Assembly (NCBI GenBank): GCA_016188605.1 | Contig: JACPHP010000003.1 | Location: forward strand, 16,400 to 80,399 | Length of the DNA stretch: 64,000 nt | Reading direction: 5' to 3' | Source: Candidatus Spechtbacteria bacterium | GTDB taxonomy: Bacteria > Patescibacteriota > Minisyncoccia > Spechtbacterales > JACPHP01 | Shown: piece after piece, positions 28,643 to 40,408 of the stretch | Position numbering within the stretch: position 1 is the stretch's first letter | Layout of the letters: the number at the start of each line of letters is the position of its first letter | Made by a program: the position numbers and the translations under genes | Notes under the pieces: generated by a model | What the model was told of the DNA's origin: nothing | Databases searched by the model: none | What the model saw: only the letters and a program-made list of their open reading frames with translations

Positions 28643-31600
28643 TTACACTACCAGCGCAGATGCCACCTTATCCCCACTTTCAAGCCTCATAATGCGCACG
28701 CCTTGCGTAACACGACCGAGATGTGGAATATTCTTCAGACCAACACGAATGACATTGCCGCGCTCGGAAACAACTATTAATTCGTCCTCTTCTTCCTTAA
28801 GTATTTGCGCGCTAACAAGCGCGCCTGTTTTTGCAGTAATATTTGCCGCTTTAATGCCAAACCCGCCTCTATGCTGAACCTTAAATGAACCAATAGCAGT
28901 TCGCTTGCCGTATCCATTCTCCATGATAACAAGAATGTCTTGCTTCTTATCGCTCGCGCCAATCATGCCCATGCCTATTATTTCGTCGTTTTGCTTTACG
29001 TGCAAACCATGTACTCCCCCCGCGGCGCGACCCATCGAACGAATATCAGATTCTTTAAAACGAATACTCTGACCCTGTTTTGTTACCAGCATAATATCGT
29101 CTTTGCCTGTGGAGATTGCCACCCACTGCAAGATATCATTACCCTTCAAATGCAAGGCAATGAGTCCGTTGCGACGAACATTCTGGAAATCTTCGATCTC
29201 TGTCTTTTTGATTATACCACCACGCGTAACCATAACCAAAAATTTTGCTTCTTTAGGATTACGGTCAAGTGGGATAACGGCAGTTACGGTTTCGTTGGCA
29301 GTCAAATCCAAAAAGTTAACTAGCGCTTTGCCTCGCGCAATGCGCGTGGATCGCGGTATTTCATATGCCAGCGTTTGGAATACGCGACCCGTGGAAGTGA
29401 AAAACAAAATCCTGTCGTGCGTTGACGCGGACAAGAAATGCTCCACTAAATCTTCGCCCTTACGTTCAATGCCAAGAATACCCTTGCCGCCGCGATGCTG
29501 CTGCTTATAAACCGTTGGCTGTACGCGCTTAATGTAGCCGTCTTTAGTGATGGTGATAATAGTTTCCTCTTTTGGAATTAAATCCTCTTCTTTGAATTCT
29601 CCAAGAGCCGCGGCATGGACTTTCGTTTTGCGCGTCCCGCCGTAAAGCGTTTTAAGATCACTAAGCTCTTCTTTGATTTTTACCCACATGCGCTTTGGCT
29701 CGTCGAGAAGCAACGTCCATTCCGCGATAAAGCGCTTTTTCTCCTTCAATTCTTCTTCAATCTTTTTGCGCTCAAGATTAGCCAGGTTCTGCAAACGCAT
29801 ATCCAAAATCGCGCCGGCCTGAATGTCGGTAAAATCAAATTTCTTTTTCAAATTGTTATGCGCGTCGGCGCGGTCTTGCGACGCGCGGATAGTTTTAATA
29901 ACCTCGTCAATGTGGTCAAGCGCTTTTTTCAAGCCCTCCAAGATATGCGCCCTCTCTTTAGCGCGCGCGATATCAAATTCCGTGCGCCTGCGCACAACTT
30001 CATGCTTATGCGCAAGATAATGCTCGAGAACCTCTTTCAACGAAAGCACTCTCGGCTCGATACCATTAACAAGCGCCAGCATGTTGAGGTGGAATGTCCT
30101 TTGCAGTTCAGTGAATTTGTATAAGCTGTTTAGAATTTTTTGCGGATGCGCGTCGCGCTTCAGCTCAATAATAACGCTCATACCGCGCTGGTCTGATTCA
30201 TCGCGAATATCACGAATACCTTCGATGCGGCCGTCCTGCACAAGGTTTGCCATTGTTTCAATGAGAGTTGCCTTGTTTACTTGGTACGGAAGCTCTGTAA
30301 TTTCAATATAAGAACCTTTTACGTCATCGCGTTCGTTTTCATCAAAAATCTGCGCCTCGCCGCGCATTAAAATCGGCCCCTTGCCTTGGCCATATGCCTC
30401 CATAATCGCCTTCTTTCCATATATAGTGCTTCCGGTTGGGAAATCAGGACCCTGAATAAACTGAAAAATATCCTCCAGCGTCGCTTTAGGATGATTGATA
30501 AGATGAATAAGCGCGTCCACCACTTCATTAAGATTATGCGGCGGAATGTTCGTCGCCATACCAACTGCAATACCCATTGTGCCGTTAAGCAAGAGCTGGG
30601 GAATTGCGGAGGGCAAAACTTTCGGCTCCTTGCGAGTGCCGTCGTAGTTATCCATCCAGTCAACTGTGTCTTTATCAATATCGCGCAGCATTTCTACGGC
30701 AATCTTGCTCATACGCGCTTCGGTGTTGTGATTGATAAAACCATTTGCCACGAATGAATGGCAATCACTTTCTACTTTTATAGAATAAACCTTCTCTATA
30801 CCGCCGTCCTCAATTTTTACTATAGGATCAAAAAGATAATGATTATCCAAAAGTTGCGAAAAAAGATTGACAATGCTCGTTTCCACGCGATGCTCAACCG
30901 CTGTCACAACGCGCTCATAATTTCTTCCCATTTCCGTGTAACGATCGAAATTATGTTTCAATGCAAATTCACGCACATTGTACAAAACTGAATTGCTTAA
31001 ATTAGCACGAACATAGTCAGATAAAAACGGTACTGTGTCGCTCGCGGTTTGTTCTTTGAAGAGTCGCTCGATGGCTACGGTTAGTTTACTTTTTTTGCGC
31101 TCCGAAATAAATCCAATTTCTTTTGCAAAAACAGAATAATTACTCAGCCCTCGCAAATAAAGTTTGTGTGTCGCGCGATATTTGTCAAAACGCTTGGTTG
31201 CCGCAATGCCAAATCGCAAGAGTAAAATTTGTAATTGGCTAAGCAATTGTTCACTTTTTGATATCGCGCTTAATTCAGTCATTGTAGCGCTAAAGGTAAT
31301 AGTACCATCGCCCTCGAAATATGCGCGTATAAAAGAAGACGCAACTGCTTTTGACGAACGGAAAATAATATGGGGTATTGTTCTAGCGCCAGATTTTGCG
31401 GTAACTAGCCCTATATTGCGTAAAAAAGCAATTACATGCTGTGAATGCACTTCAAAAGTTTTATATGGCTTCGTGCCGTATGAATTGGGGCGGCGCTCGA
31501 AGGCATGCAACCGGCAGTCAGGAAAAACCCTCCTCCAACGCTCTGAAAATTCAGCCATCCATTCATCGTCCGTATTGCAAAACTCTAATTCTTTCTCTTT

Positions 31601-32440
31601 CAATGTACCTTCGGCAAGGAATGAACCGAGAATAAAAGCAAGATCTTCATCAAGCGCTTTGGGCAACTTTTTTTTCTGAATGCGCGCGTTGATTTGTTTC
31701 GGCCAATATGGAACAAGTGAAATATTTTTCACAGGCCATAATACATCCGCCGTACGGTCTATCACGGCAATGTCACCCACGCGAATATCTTGCAAAAGTT
31801 TCCAGCTAAATTCTGGTATCCCAGTAAGAACATTTTTCGTCCACGTAAGAATAGGATGATTGTAGGAACCTCTAATTGACGTTCCTCTCTGTGTAGTAAT
31901 AGATAAAATGGGATGCTCTCCACTATCAAACCATTTTTTTACAGTATTTACTGTGTGGTCTTTAGAAAGGACTGAAATATCAACGGCTTCCCTTCCATCT
32001 GAAGAAACATCTTTAATGGGAATAAGGCCATTAGAAGTAACTACTAATGTGTCGCCTGTCACGCAATAACGCATAGCAGCCGCGCTATCGCCATCTATGG
32101 ACCCAAAGTTTCCTTGCCCATCAACCAGCGTGTAACGCATGCTAAAATCCTGCGCCAAGCGCACCATAGAGTCATACACCGCCATATCGCCGTGAGGATG
32201 ATACTTTCCCAGCACATCTCCAACCACCGCCGCTGATTTGCGATACCGCGCGCCCGAAGTCAAGCCCATTTCGTGCATGGTATATAAAATACGGCGATGC
32301 ACCGGCTTTAAACCATCGCGGACATCAGGCAAGGCGCGCGCCACGATAACGGACATGGCGTAATCCAAATACGACTCCTGAACTTCGTCAGTAATTTCTC
32401 TTTTTTGAATATTTCCAATTGGATTTTCTGGGTCAGGCAT
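28643..32440 (-). CDS. gyrA: DNA gyrase subunit A, intein-containing
   Basis: [28 protein letters not shown]|TEAR and GyrA-box QHRGGKG. Confidence 0.97.
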   Translation of the reverse strand: MPDPENPIGNIQKREITDEVQESYLDYAMSVIVARALPDVRDGLKPVHRRILYTMHEMGLTSGARYRKSAAVVGDVLGKYHPHGDMAVYDSMVRLAQDFSMRYTLVDGQGNFGSIDGDSAAAMRYCVTGDTLVVTSNGLIPIKDVSSDGREAVDISVLSKDHTVNTVKKWFDSGEHPILSITTQRGTSIRGSYNHPILTWTKNVLTGIPEFSWKLLQDIRVGDIAVIDRTADVLWPVKNISLVPYWPKQINARIQKKKLPKALDEDLAFILGSFLAEGTLKEKELEFCNTDDEWMAEFSERWRRVFPDCRLHAFERRPNSYGTKPYKTFEVHSQHVIAFLRNIGLVTAKSGARTIPHIIFRSSKAVASSFIRAYFEGDGTITFSATMTELSAISKSEQLLSQLQILLLRFGIAATKRFDKYRATHKLYLRGLSNYSVFAKEIGFISERKKSKLTVAIERLFKEQTASDTVPFLSDYVRANLSNSVLYNVREFALKHNFDRYTEMGRNYERVVTAVEHRVETSIVNLFSQLLDNHYLFDPIVKIEDGGIEKVYSIKVESDCHSFVANGFINHNTEARMSKIAVEMLRDIDKDTVDWMDNYDGTRKEPKVLPSAIPQLLLNGTMGIAVGMATNIPPHNLNEVVDALIHLINHPKATLEDIFQFIQGPDFPTGSTIYGKKAIMEAYGQGKGPILMRGEAQIFDENERDDVKGSYIEITELPYQVNKATLIETMANLVQDGRIEGIRDIRDESDQRGMSVIIELKRDAHPQKILNSLYKFTELQRTFHLNMLALVNGIEPRVLSLKEVLEHYLAHKHEVVRRRTEFDIARAKERAHILEGLKKALDHIDEVIKTIRASQDRADAHNNLKKKFDFTDIQAGAILDMRLQNLANLERKKIEEELKEKKRFIAEWTLLLDEPKRMWVKIKEELSDLKTLYGGTRKTKVHAAALGEFKEEDLIPKEETIITITKDGYIKRVQPTVYKQQHRGGKGILGIERKGEDLVEHFLSASTHDRILFFTSTGRVFQTLAYEIPRSTRIARGKALVNFLDLTANETVTAVIPLDRNPKEAKFLVMVTRGGIIKKTEIEDFQNVRRNGLIALHLKGNDILQWVAISTGKDDIMLVTKQGQSIRFKESDIRSMGRAAGGVHGLHVKQNDEIIGMGMIGASDKKQDILVIMENGYGKRTAIGSFKVQHRGGFGIKAANITAKTGALVSAQILKEEEDELIVVSERGNVIRVGLKNIPHLGRVTQGVRIMRLESGDKVASALVV
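30725..32065 (-). mobile_element. Intein (447 aa) with LAGLIDADG endonuclease in gyrA
   Basis: CVTGDT...FINHN|T inserted right after the catalytic Tyr; LGSFLAEG and RAYFEGDG blocks. Confidence 0.95.
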
Positions 32441-32511
32441 GATAAAAACTTGAATACTGAATTGTGAATGCTGAATTGTGAATGACTGACCGAAGCATGA
32501 TTCATGATTCA

Positions 32512-32739
32512 CTATTCATGATTCATAGTTGTCGGCTGCATCATCTTATCAATCTCGCTCTTTGCAGTGTCGTCTATATGAAATTGCGGCATTTTTGATA
32601 TATCAACATCACCTACCCTAGCCTTAATAGAACGCCCTAGTCCAAAAATTAGACCAAGCCCTACCATCGCCATTACAAAAAAGAATACGGCAATGCGTGT
32701 TGAGTATGTTGCGTTAAAGGGCCACATGCTGAATTTCAA
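32512..32739 (-). CDS. Small hypothetical membrane protein
   Basis: 75 aa with one TM, co-oriented between the MBL hydrolase and gyrA; both ends overlap heptamer repeats. Confidence 0.5.
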   Translation of the reverse strand: MKFSMWPFNATYSTRIAVFFFVMAMVGLGLIFGLGRSIKARVGDVDISKMPQFHIDDTAKSEIDKMMQPTTMNHE

Positions 32740-32915
32740 AGTCCAAATGTCAAATTACAAATGAAATTCAAATTTCAAATGCCAATGCCCAAACTTTGGA
32801 CTTTAGATTTTGACATTCATTTGATATTTGTCCCGCTTTGTCATAGCTATCCTAGATCGTGGCGAAGCCACGACGGGATCTCGCGTAGCGATGATAATTT
32901 GAACTTTGGTATTTT
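32732..32915. repeat. Heptamer-periodic (CAAATGT/TTTGACA) inverted repeat element
   Basis: aatttcaaagtccaaatgtcaaattacaaatgaaa... ; near-identical start at 33612, so the family flanks the MBL gene. Confidence 0.75.
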
Positions 32916-32918
32916 AAT

Positions 32919-33554
32919 TTATATCTTCATCTCCACAATCTGCATTTTATCCTCCGATAAATCTTTTTTCTTGATTGTTAATTTATCTACAGCCTCACCT
33001 TCATGTCCTAGATCCTTCAAAAACTGCGAGGCATCATTGATAAGCGATTTAGAGCCGGCAATTTTGTAGTGCATGGGAGTAACCAACTTTGGCTCCACTT
33101 GGTGCACGATTCCCGCCGCCATCTCACCATCAATGGTATTCACACCGCCAACTGGAATCATTAAAATATCAACCTCGCCAAGTTGTTCTATCTGTTCGTC
33201 TGTCAACTTTTTTTGCCCCAAGTCACCGAGATGCGCTATGCGCAGATCTTCCACTTCAAAACTATACATTGTATTTAATCCTTTTTCCGCGCCCTGCTTA
33301 TCATCGTGGAAAGAATTGATCCCAAAAATCTTTACACCTTTCACTTCGTATTCGCCCGGACCATCCACCAGAAAATATTTGCCGCCGATTGTAGATACAT
33401 TGTTATGGTCTGGATGATCATGAGTAACCATGACAATATCGGCCTCACCCCTAGGCGGCTGCAAACCTATGGATTTATCAAAAGGATCGACAAAAATAGT
33501 GACTTTGCCGCTTTGCAAACGAAAACACGCTTGACCGTACCAGTTGATTACCAT
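32919..33554 (-). CDS. MBL-fold metallo-hydrolase
   Basis: THDHPDH, AHLGDLG and PMHY motifs. Confidence 0.92.
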   Translation of the reverse strand: MVINWYGQACFRLQSGKVTIFVDPFDKSIGLQPPRGEADIVMVTHDHPDHNNVSTIGGKYFLVDGPGEYEVKGVKIFGINSFHDDKQGAEKGLNTMYSFEVEDLRIAHLGDLGQKKLTDEQIEQLGEVDILMIPVGGVNTIDGEMAAGIVHQVEPKLVTPMHYKIAGSKSLINDASQFLKDLGHEGEAVDKLTIKKKDLSEDKMQIVEMKI

Positions 33555-33611
33555 GACTGCATGATAACAAAATATTACTTGTAACTCAAGCTACAAATGC
33601 TTGTGCCCAAA

Positions 33612-33738
33612 AATTTCAAAGTCCAAATGTCAAATTACAAATGAAATCCAAATATCAAATGCCCAAATGCCAAACCTTTTGACTTTGGGCTTTGGGCTTT
33701 GACATTCATTTGACATTTGTAATTTGGACTTTGACATT
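33612..33738. repeat. Heptamer-periodic (CAAATGT/TTTGACA) inverted repeat element
   Basis: Same family as 32732-32915. Confidence 0.75.
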
Positions 33739-33804
33739 CTGCTTTCCCCTCCTTCATAACCAACCTCTTGCAAAAGAAGCCAACCCGCTGTATATTCAAA
33801 TAAT

Positions 33805-34896
33805 ATGAATACAGCAGTACAAACTCAACAAAAAAATGTAGTAAAGGAGGCCTTGCGGCAAGACAAGTCGCTTTTTCAATTGCCTAAAGAAGGCGACTTG
33901 GTTGAAGGCAATATTATCGGCCGCGAGTCTGGCGCTTTATATATTGACCTCGGGGCTCATGGCACGGGCGTCATATTTGGTAAAGAGTATTATCAAGCTC
34001 AAGACCTTCTAAAGAAAGTAAAAGTGGGAGAAAAGATATCAGCTAAAATTGTTTTGCTGGAAAACGAGGATGGCTATCGCGAGCTCTCTCTAAAGGAAGC
34101 TGGCGAGGAGATGTCGTGGAATGTATTGAAGCAAAAACAGCAAACCGGCGAGCTTATTGACGTCAGAATCACTGATGCCAACCGCGGCGGTCTTATGACA
34201 GAAGTAGAGGGCATGGTTGGCTTTTTGCCAGTTTCCCAGCTCACCCCGGCTCACTACCCAAGAGTAGAGGGCGGCGACAAGGAGAAAATCCTTGAAGAGC
34301 TCAAAAAATTCATTGGTCAGATCTTCCACGTGCGCGTACTAGATTCAATCGCCAAGGAAAACAAGCTTATCGTGTCGGAAAAGGCAGCGGAAAACGACGC
34401 GATTCAAGTGTCCCTCGCCAAATACAAGGTTGGCGACGTGGTGGAAGGCACAATCACGGGCGTGGTTGATTTCGGCGCATTTATTAAATTCGATCCATTA
34501 ATAGAAGGTCTTATTCACATTTCCGAGCTGGACTGGCAATTAATTGAAAATCCTCGAGACGTGGTGTCAGTCGGAGATAAAGTACAGGCAAAAATCGTTG
34601 ATATTTCAGCCGAAGGCCGCGTATCTCTATCCCTTAAAGCCCTTAAGCAAGACCCGTGGACAGGTATGGAAAGCCGCTTTAAGAAGGGTGACAATGTCAG
34701 CGGAGAGATTAAGCGAGTTCATAGCTACGGCGCGCTCGTACGCCTAGATGAAAATATCCAAGGACTCCTGCATGTATCTGAATTCGGCGACGAAGAAGCC
34801 ATGCGCAAGGCAATTCACGAGGGAGAAACGCGTGACTTTGAAGTGCTATCCATAGATTCCAAAGAGCATCGCATAGCGCTGAAGCTAAAAGCCTAA
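33805..34896 (+). CDS. rpsA: 30S ribosomal protein S1 (four S1 domains)
   Basis: ANRGGL, GFLPVSQL and DFGAFI...EGLIHISEL repeats. Confidence 0.92.
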   Translation: MNTAVQTQQKNVVKEALRQDKSLFQLPKEGDLVEGNIIGRESGALYIDLGAHGTGVIFGKEYYQAQDLLKKVKVGEKISAKIVLLENEDGYRELSLKEAGEEMSWNVLKQKQQTGELIDVRITDANRGGLMTEVEGMVGFLPVSQLTPAHYPRVEGGDKEKILEELKKFIGQIFHVRVLDSIAKENKLIVSEKAAENDAIQVSLAKYKVGDVVEGTITGVVDFGAFIKFDPLIEGLIHISELDWQLIENPRDVVSVGDKVQAKIVDISAEGRVSLSLKALKQDPWTGMESRFKKGDNVSGEIKRVHSYGALVRLDENIQGLLHVSEFGDEEAMRKAIHEGETRDFEVLSIDSKEHRIALKLKA

Positions 34897-34975
34897 CATT
34901 TGATAGTTTTAACAAGAAGAGAGGTTTCGCCGCGGCGAAACCTCTCTTCTTGTTAATTACCCTAAAAACCCTTGA

Positions 34976-35075
34976 CCCCGTTAAAGATACCTGCGGTAAA
35001 TGGTTCAAAGATATTAGTTTTAATAACCCACATGCAATATTTAATTTATTTAAAGGCATAAATCTCTAACGGGGC
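34976..35075. mobile_element. ~100-bp MITE-like element, CCCCGTTA TIRs, flanked by TTGA
   Basis: ttga|ccccgttaaagat ... atctctaacgggg|cttgac. Confidence 0.7.
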
Positions 35076-35171
35076 TTGACAAGATTTTCGATATGGTGTA
35101 ACCTGCAAAAACAGTAAAAATCTGGCACTCGGCCAGAAAAAGTTTTTTCAAAAGGAGGAAGGAGGGTCGGT

Positions 35172-35975
35172 TTGGCTGGCGATAAGAAAGGACCTCGTCG
35201 TCGCGATTTCAGCGACGACGAGGAAGAGGGTGGAGAAGATCGTACGGCGGAGCGGGCGCTCCGCGATGGACGGAAAAGCCGTGGCCAGCGTAGCAACGGC
35301 AATAGTCGCGACCAAGGTCGCGAGGAAGAAAGGTTCAAAATGACAAGTCCGGCGACAACGGCGGATCAGCTCGAGGCCCTCAAGGCCAACGGCATCGGCG
35401 GCAACGCCCACACCGACGAGGTAGTGGACTGTCCGCGATGCGGCAGCGGCAAGAAGGATGCGTCCTTCTTGCAATGTTACCGCTGCCACGTTGAATACCT
35501 TTCGGCACGGTCAGCGAACGTGGCGGCCAACGCCTCGGCAATCGAGGCGTTGATGTTCGGCGGGAAGGCCTTCATGGCCTACCCCGAAGCCGAGGCGGAG
35601 GCGCGAAAGACCAACCTGTTCCCGGCCACGGAAGAGGCTTGGGTCCGCAGTCAGATCGATATGGCTGCGATCCGTGCCGACCTCGCCACGGCGCAGGATG
35701 CCCACGCCGCGACCCGCGCTCTGGTGGACGCGGAGGTCCAGCGCCTGACTGGCGGAAAACGGGTCCCGGACAAGGACCTGTTCCAGCGGATCGTCACCCG
35801 GGCGCGCAACAGCGTGCCCGGGAGCCAGACCAACTATGAGGCGATGAGGCAACAGGAGCGTCGCTTCGTCGCAGCCATGGCCTTCATCACCGCCGCCCCG
35901 TCGGTCGACGCCGTGACGGAGGCAACCGCCACCGCGCCGGCCGACCCGACCGCCGAGGACACCACCCCGGCCTAG
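35172..35975 (+). CDS. GC-rich hypothetical protein with Zn-ribbon
   Basis: CPRC...CYRC; visibly higher GC than its neighbours; own promoter (TTGACA-17-TAACCT), SD and terminator; start codon uncertain. Confidence 0.7.
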   Translation: MAGDKKGPRRRDFSDDEEEGGEDRTAERALRDGRKSRGQRSNGNSRDQGREEERFKMTSPATTADQLEALKANGIGGNAHTDEVVDCPRCGSGKKDASFLQCYRCHVEYLSARSANVAANASAIEALMFGGKAFMAYPEAEAEARKTNLFPATEEAWVRSQIDMAAIRADLATAQDAHAATRALVDAEVQRLTGGKRVPDKDLFQRIVTRARNSVPGSQTNYEAMRQQERRFVAAMAFITAAPSVDAVTEATATAPADPTAEDTTPA

Positions 35976-36085
35976 ACCTTCCGCCCTAGCCCAAGGCGGG
36001 CGGAAGGAAAGGGCCTTCTGACACCAAGTCAGAAGGCCCTTTTTCATTTCAAAAATTAATGATATAATCTAGACAGGCTTTTAGT

Positions 36086-36147
36086 TGTCATCTCGAAGTC
36101 CCGCAGTGGCAGGACGAGAGATCTCTCGCGCTACGCTCGAGATGACA
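36086..36147. repeat. Empty TGTCATCTCGA...GAGATCTC...TCGAGATGACA palindromic element
   Basis: Same family as the repeats enclosing the GIY-YIG gene. Confidence 0.8.
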
Positions 36148-36190
36148 AACTTTTTCTATACCTTAAACTAAAATTATAAATTTAACCCTC

Positions 36191-38011
36191 ATGTCTTCTC
36201 TCTTAAAAAATATCATCCTGGTCATCATCGTCTTTCTGTTTATTACAGGAATTTTTACGCTTTGGTACTCACCTCTTCAGAAAACAAAAGATATCACGCT
36301 TAGCAATCTCGTCACTGAAATAAATGAAGGCAAGGTGCAGTCAATCACTGTTAATGGCAATGAACTTTCAATTACGCTAAAGGACAGTACCAAAGAAAAA
36401 TCACAGAAAGAAACCGATGCGTCACTCACCCAGTCGTTAATCAATTATGGCGTATCAAGCGACAATCTGCGCGGCGTAGACATCCAATATCAAAATGAAT
36501 CCGGCTGGGCTTATTGGCTCGGTATTCTCATTCCATTCGTCCTTCCATTCTTTATCGTCGGATTCTTCTTATGGTACATGATGCGCCAGGCACAGCGCGG
36601 CTCTAACCAAGCCATGATGTTTGGGAAAACCAGCGCCCGCATGTTCGGCCCGCAAGGCAAAAAACAAAACGTTACTTTCAAAGATGTCGCCGACATGACA
36701 GAAGCCAAAGACGAGCTTAAAGAAGTTGTGGAATTCCTGCGCTTGCCACAGAAATTCTTGAAAATGGGCGCGCGCATTCCGAGGGGCGTGTTGCTTGTTG
36801 GCCCTCCGGGAACAGGCAAAACCTTGCTTGCCCGCGCAATCTCTGGCGAGGCTGGCGTTCCCTTCTTTGCTACATCAGGTTCTGAATTCGTAGAAATGTT
36901 TGTCGGCGTTGGCGCTTCGCGCGTGCGCGATCTTTTCCAAAGCGCGCAAAAAGCAGCGCCGGCGATTGTGTTCATTGATGAGATTGACGCGGTTGGCCGC
37001 TTGCGCGGAGCCGGCATGGGCGGCGGAAACGATGAACGAGAGCAAACTCTAAACCAGATACTTTCTGAAATGGACGGTTTTGAGCGCGACACTAATGTTA
37101 TTGTTATTGCCGCGACAAACCGCGCTGACGTGCTTGACCCGGCGCTGCTGCGCCCAGGCCGCTTTGACCGCCATGTATTCGTGAGTAATCCCGACCTCGC
37201 CGCGCGCCAACAGATTCTTATAATTCACGGCAAAGAAAAACCGCTTGCCAAAGATGTGGATTTAAACATTGTCGCCCAGCGCACGCCAGGATTTTCCGGA
37301 GCCGATCTTGCAAACTTGATGAATGAAGCGGCAATACTTGCGGCGCAAAAAAATCAAAAAACAATTTTACAAATAGATATTCTAAATTCCATAGAAAAAG
37401 TTATGCTTGGCCCGGAAAAGAAAAGCCAAGTTTACTCAAAGCTAGAAAAAGAAATTGCCGCGTACCATGAAGCCGGCCACGCGCTTGTTTCAGCTTCGCT
37501 TCCCGAAGCAGACCCGGTGCATAAAATTTCTATTATCCCGCGCGGCCCTGCCGGCGGATACACGCTTAAACTTCCCATTGAAGACAGACATTTCTACGGC
37601 AGAAAACATTTTGTAGCGGAATTAGCGGTAATGCTCGGCGGCTATTCAGCGGAAATATTTCACTTCAACGAAATTACTACAGGCGCCTCCGATGACCTTA
37701 AAAAAGCTTCAGAGCTTGCGCGAAGCATGGTTACCAAATACGGCATGAGTAAAAAGTTCGGCCCGCAAGTATTCCAAGAAAAAGACGAAACTATATTCCT
37801 CGGAAGAGAATTTGCCGCGCAAAACAACGTGTCACAGGACATTGCGATGAAGATTGACGAGGAAGTCGCCACGTTTATCAGAGCGGCCTTAAAGACAGCA
37901 CAAAATATTATTAAGAAACGAAGCGCGACGCTTGATAAAATAGCACAAACACTTATCACCCAAGAGACGATTGAGAAACAGGAGTTTGCGGAGTTGGTGG
38001 CGGGAGCGTAG
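36191..38011 (+). CDS. ftsH: ATP-dependent zinc metalloprotease FtsH
   Basis: Two TMs, [25 protein letters not shown] and HEAGH. Confidence 0.98.
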   Translation: MSSLLKNIILVIIVFLFITGIFTLWYSPLQKTKDITLSNLVTEINEGKVQSITVNGNELSITLKDSTKEKSQKETDASLTQSLINYGVSSDNLRGVDIQYQNESGWAYWLGILIPFVLPFFIVGFFLWYMMRQAQRGSNQAMMFGKTSARMFGPQGKKQNVTFKDVADMTEAKDELKEVVEFLRLPQKFLKMGARIPRGVLLVGPPGTGKTLLARAISGEAGVPFFATSGSEFVEMFVGVGASRVRDLFQSAQKAAPAIVFIDEIDAVGRLRGAGMGGGNDEREQTLNQILSEMDGFERDTNVIVIAATNRADVLDPALLRPGRFDRHVFVSNPDLAARQQILIIHGKEKPLAKDVDLNIVAQRTPGFSGADLANLMNEAAILAAQKNQKTILQIDILNSIEKVMLGPEKKSQVYSKLEKEIAAYHEAGHALVSASLPEADPVHKISIIPRGPAGGYTLKLPIEDRHFYGRKHFVAELAVMLGGYSAEIFHFNEITTGASDDLKKASELARSMVTKYGMSKKFGPQVFQEKDETIFLGREFAAQNNVSQDIAMKIDEEVATFIRAALKTAQNIIKKRSATLDKIAQTLITQETIEKQEFAELVAGA

Positions 38012-38183
38012 GATTTAATCCCTAATATCGTCATTGTGATCCGCCGCCCTGGGCGGAGTGGCCCGCCAGCAACGCCTTAAGCGTAGCTTTGGCGGGCTGG
38101 CAATCCCGTCGGTAATAGGTTTACGATTTAGGATTTATGATATACTATAACTGCGTGCAATTGCACGCAGTTATAGTATAATT

Positions 38184-38257
38184 CCGCCCTTAGCTCAACT
38201 GGTTAGAGCATCGAGCTTATACCTCGACGGTTCCTGGTTCGAGTCCAGGAGGGCGGA
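38184..38257 (+). tRNA. tRNA-Ile with UAU anticodon
   Basis: CCGCCCT/AGGGCGG acceptor, tcgag-CT-TAT-AC-ctcga anticodon arm, canonical D and T arms. Confidence 0.9.
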
Positions 38258-38306
38258 CAGGGACTAAAACCCCAAAGTAGAGTTTATGTTTTCAATATGC
38301 CTTGGC

Positions 38307-38338
38307 GGTTTCCTGGTTCGAGTCCAGGCGCGCCCACA
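38307..38338 (+). pseudogene. Orphan tRNA 3' half (T arm plus acceptor strand)
   Basis: cctggttcgagtccagg T-arm identical to the upstream tRNA-Ile but with a different acceptor strand (cgcgccc-a). Confidence 0.7.
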
Positions 38339-38438
38339 GCAAGGATATTTAGCAAAGTACTTATAAGGTAGGCCTTGCGGAAAAACCGCAAGGCACGCTA
38401 TATTTTGTACTTGCTCGTTCCTCGCAAACAAAATATGC

Positions 38439-38740
38439 GGGCGTTTAGCTCAGTGGTAGAGGTTGAAAGCAAACTGCTTTGCTTTCAACGGAAAGTTTAG
38501 GTTTGGCATCCCCGCCGCAGCGGGGCGGCAAACCGTTTAAACTTTCCAGTGCACCTTTATTGCTTACACCGAGCGCAGCGTAGCGAAGTGAGGATAATTA
38601 GCAAGATAATTCAAGTAAGGACGGTTAGCTCAGTGGTAGAGCGTCTCGTTTACACCGAGAAGGTCGCAGGCTCAATCCCTGCACCGTCCACATTAAAAAA
38701 TCTAACGGGGCCGGAGGCTCAATCCCTCCAACGCCCACCA
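38439..38740 (+). pseudogene. Fragmented tRNA-Val enclosing an intact tRNA-Val
   Basis: 5' piece GGGCGTT+D arm (38439-38461), possible anticodon piece (~38551-38573), 3' piece T-arm+AACGCCC-A-CCA (38707-38740). Confidence 0.75.
38619..38690 (+). tRNA. tRNA-Val(TAC)
   Basis: GGACGGT/ACCGTCC acceptor, tctcg-TT-TAC-AC-cgaga; T-loop CTCAATC. Confidence 0.92.
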
Positions 38741-38985
38741 TTCTTCGCGCAGCGGAGAATGCCCTTCGTAGCTTTCCCGACCTTCGTAGCCAAAGCTACT
38801 TCGGCGGAGCAGGCAACGAAGAAGGGCATAGACAAATCTACGTATTCTGCCTTTGGCATTAGCTGCGCTACAAATGGCACAGCCTAAAAATTATTACACT
38901 TTATCCCCTAGCTAAATATTAGGGGCTACGCGGTACAAGCACAAGTATTAGATTGACGCGTCCAGTATATTGGCGCGTTTGTTTT

Positions 38986-39717
38986 ATGAATCCCCTACAA
39001 ATACTTTATCAAGATAAAGATATTATCGTCGTCAATAAACCTGCTGGTCTTGCGGTGCATAAAAAATCGCCGAGCGACCCCCAAGAAACGCTCGTTGATA
39101 TTTTGCTAAAACAATTTCCCGAAATTGCCGATGTTGGCGTTGATTCTCTTCATGCGGGGTATCGGATACCCCGCATGTCGGTACGCCCTGGAATTGTGCA
39201 TCGCTTAGACAAATACACTTCCGGCGTAATGGTAGTAGCACACAACCAAGAAACATTTGAATGGCTAACCAAGCAATTCAAGGACCGCCTGATTGAAAAG
39301 CAATACTTTGCGCTTGTAGTAGGCAACCCTAAACAGGACCGCGGCACTATTGAGCTTCCTATCGGCTCTCTGGGTGTTAAAAAAACCACCAGGCACATGC
39401 GAGGCGGCAAGGCGCGAAAATGGCGCGAAGCTCGCACCGACTGGCAGGTATCTAAGCGCTATGAAGGATTTACTCTGCTCTCAGTAACTCCTAAGACCGG
39501 CCGCACTCATCAAATCCGCGTCCATCTATCATCCATAGGGCTACCAATTGCCTGCGACTTTTTTTACGGAGGCAAAAATATCCTATGCCCTGCCGGTCTT
39601 TCCCGCTTCTTCCTACACGCCTCCCGCCTGCGCTTTTCCCTGCCCGGAAACCGCAAAATGGAATTTTCAGCCGACATACCGCCAGAACTGCAAGAAGCCA
39701 TTGAAAAAATCTCTTAA
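38986..39717 (+). CDS. RluA-family pseudouridine synthase
   Basis: VNKPAGL, VHRLDKYTSG and TGRTHQIRVHL motifs. Confidence 0.95.
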   Translation: MNPLQILYQDKDIIVVNKPAGLAVHKKSPSDPQETLVDILLKQFPEIADVGVDSLHAGYRIPRMSVRPGIVHRLDKYTSGVMVVAHNQETFEWLTKQFKDRLIEKQYFALVVGNPKQDRGTIELPIGSLGVKKTTRHMRGGKARKWREARTDWQVSKRYEGFTLLSVTPKTGRTHQIRVHLSSIGLPIACDFFYGGKNILCPAGLSRFFLHASRLRFSLPGNRKMEFSADIPPELQEAIEKIS

Positions 39718-39841
39718 ATATGCTTAAATACAATGGTATTAAATAAGATAGTAGTAAGTAGTTGTGGTAGTGAGTAGATTTACCCCCGCGGTTGTGGGAC
39801 GACAAGTCTACCAACTACTCACTACTAATTACTAACCAACC

Positions 39842-40333
39842 ATGAACAAAGTACAAGAATATCTAAAACCATACATGCGCGCCCAGGTTCCGCCAATGCG
39901 ATCTGGTGATGTTGTGCGTGTGCACGAGCGTATCGTAGAAGGAGGTAAAGAGCGTATCCAGGTATTTGAAGGACTAATTATCGCCCGTAAACACGGCAAC
40001 GGCATCACCGGCACATTTACCGTCCGCAAAATCGCGCGCGGCAATATTGGCGTGGAGCGTACTTTTCCAATACATTCTCCTCGTATTGAAAAAATTGAAA
40101 TCGTACGGCACGAAACCGTCCGCCGTTCAAAACTGTATTATGTACGAGACCTTATCGGCAAGAAAGTGAAGCGCCGAAAAGCAACTCCAATTGAGCAGAT
40201 GTTTGCCATGGAAGCGACGAAAGAAGAAGTGGCGGAGCCAGAGGAAGTAGCGGCAGAAGTTGAAGAAAATGTAGAAATACCAGAAGTAAAAGCCCAAGAA
40301 AAAGCAGGTGATGCTTCTACAAATATAGAATAA
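39842..40333 (+). CDS. rplS: 50S ribosomal protein L19
   Basis: [16 protein letters not shown] and VRRSKLYY motifs; acidic tail. Confidence 0.97.
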   Translation: MNKVQEYLKPYMRAQVPPMRSGDVVRVHERIVEGGKERIQVFEGLIIARKHGNGITGTFTVRKIARGNIGVERTFPIHSPRIEKIEIVRHETVRRSKLYYVRDLIGKKVKRRKATPIEQMFAMEATKEEVAEPEEVAAEVEENVEIPEVKAQEKAGDASTNIE

Positions 40334-40408
40334 GCCTGATAAATTCTAGTTTAAAAGTTTTTTGTAAATTTGTGCTATAATATTGGTATACGCTTTTAGT
40401 TTGAGATT

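Noticed and set aside
35148-36047. Minus-strand ORFs of 113 and 178 aa
   Set aside because: Shadows of the GC-rich plus-strand gene, which has the promoter, SD and terminator.
38549-38887. 112-aa ORF and similar ORFs over tRNA clusters (22823, 41272, 43902, 44018)
   Set aside because: They overlap tRNAs and repeats and show no protein-like features.
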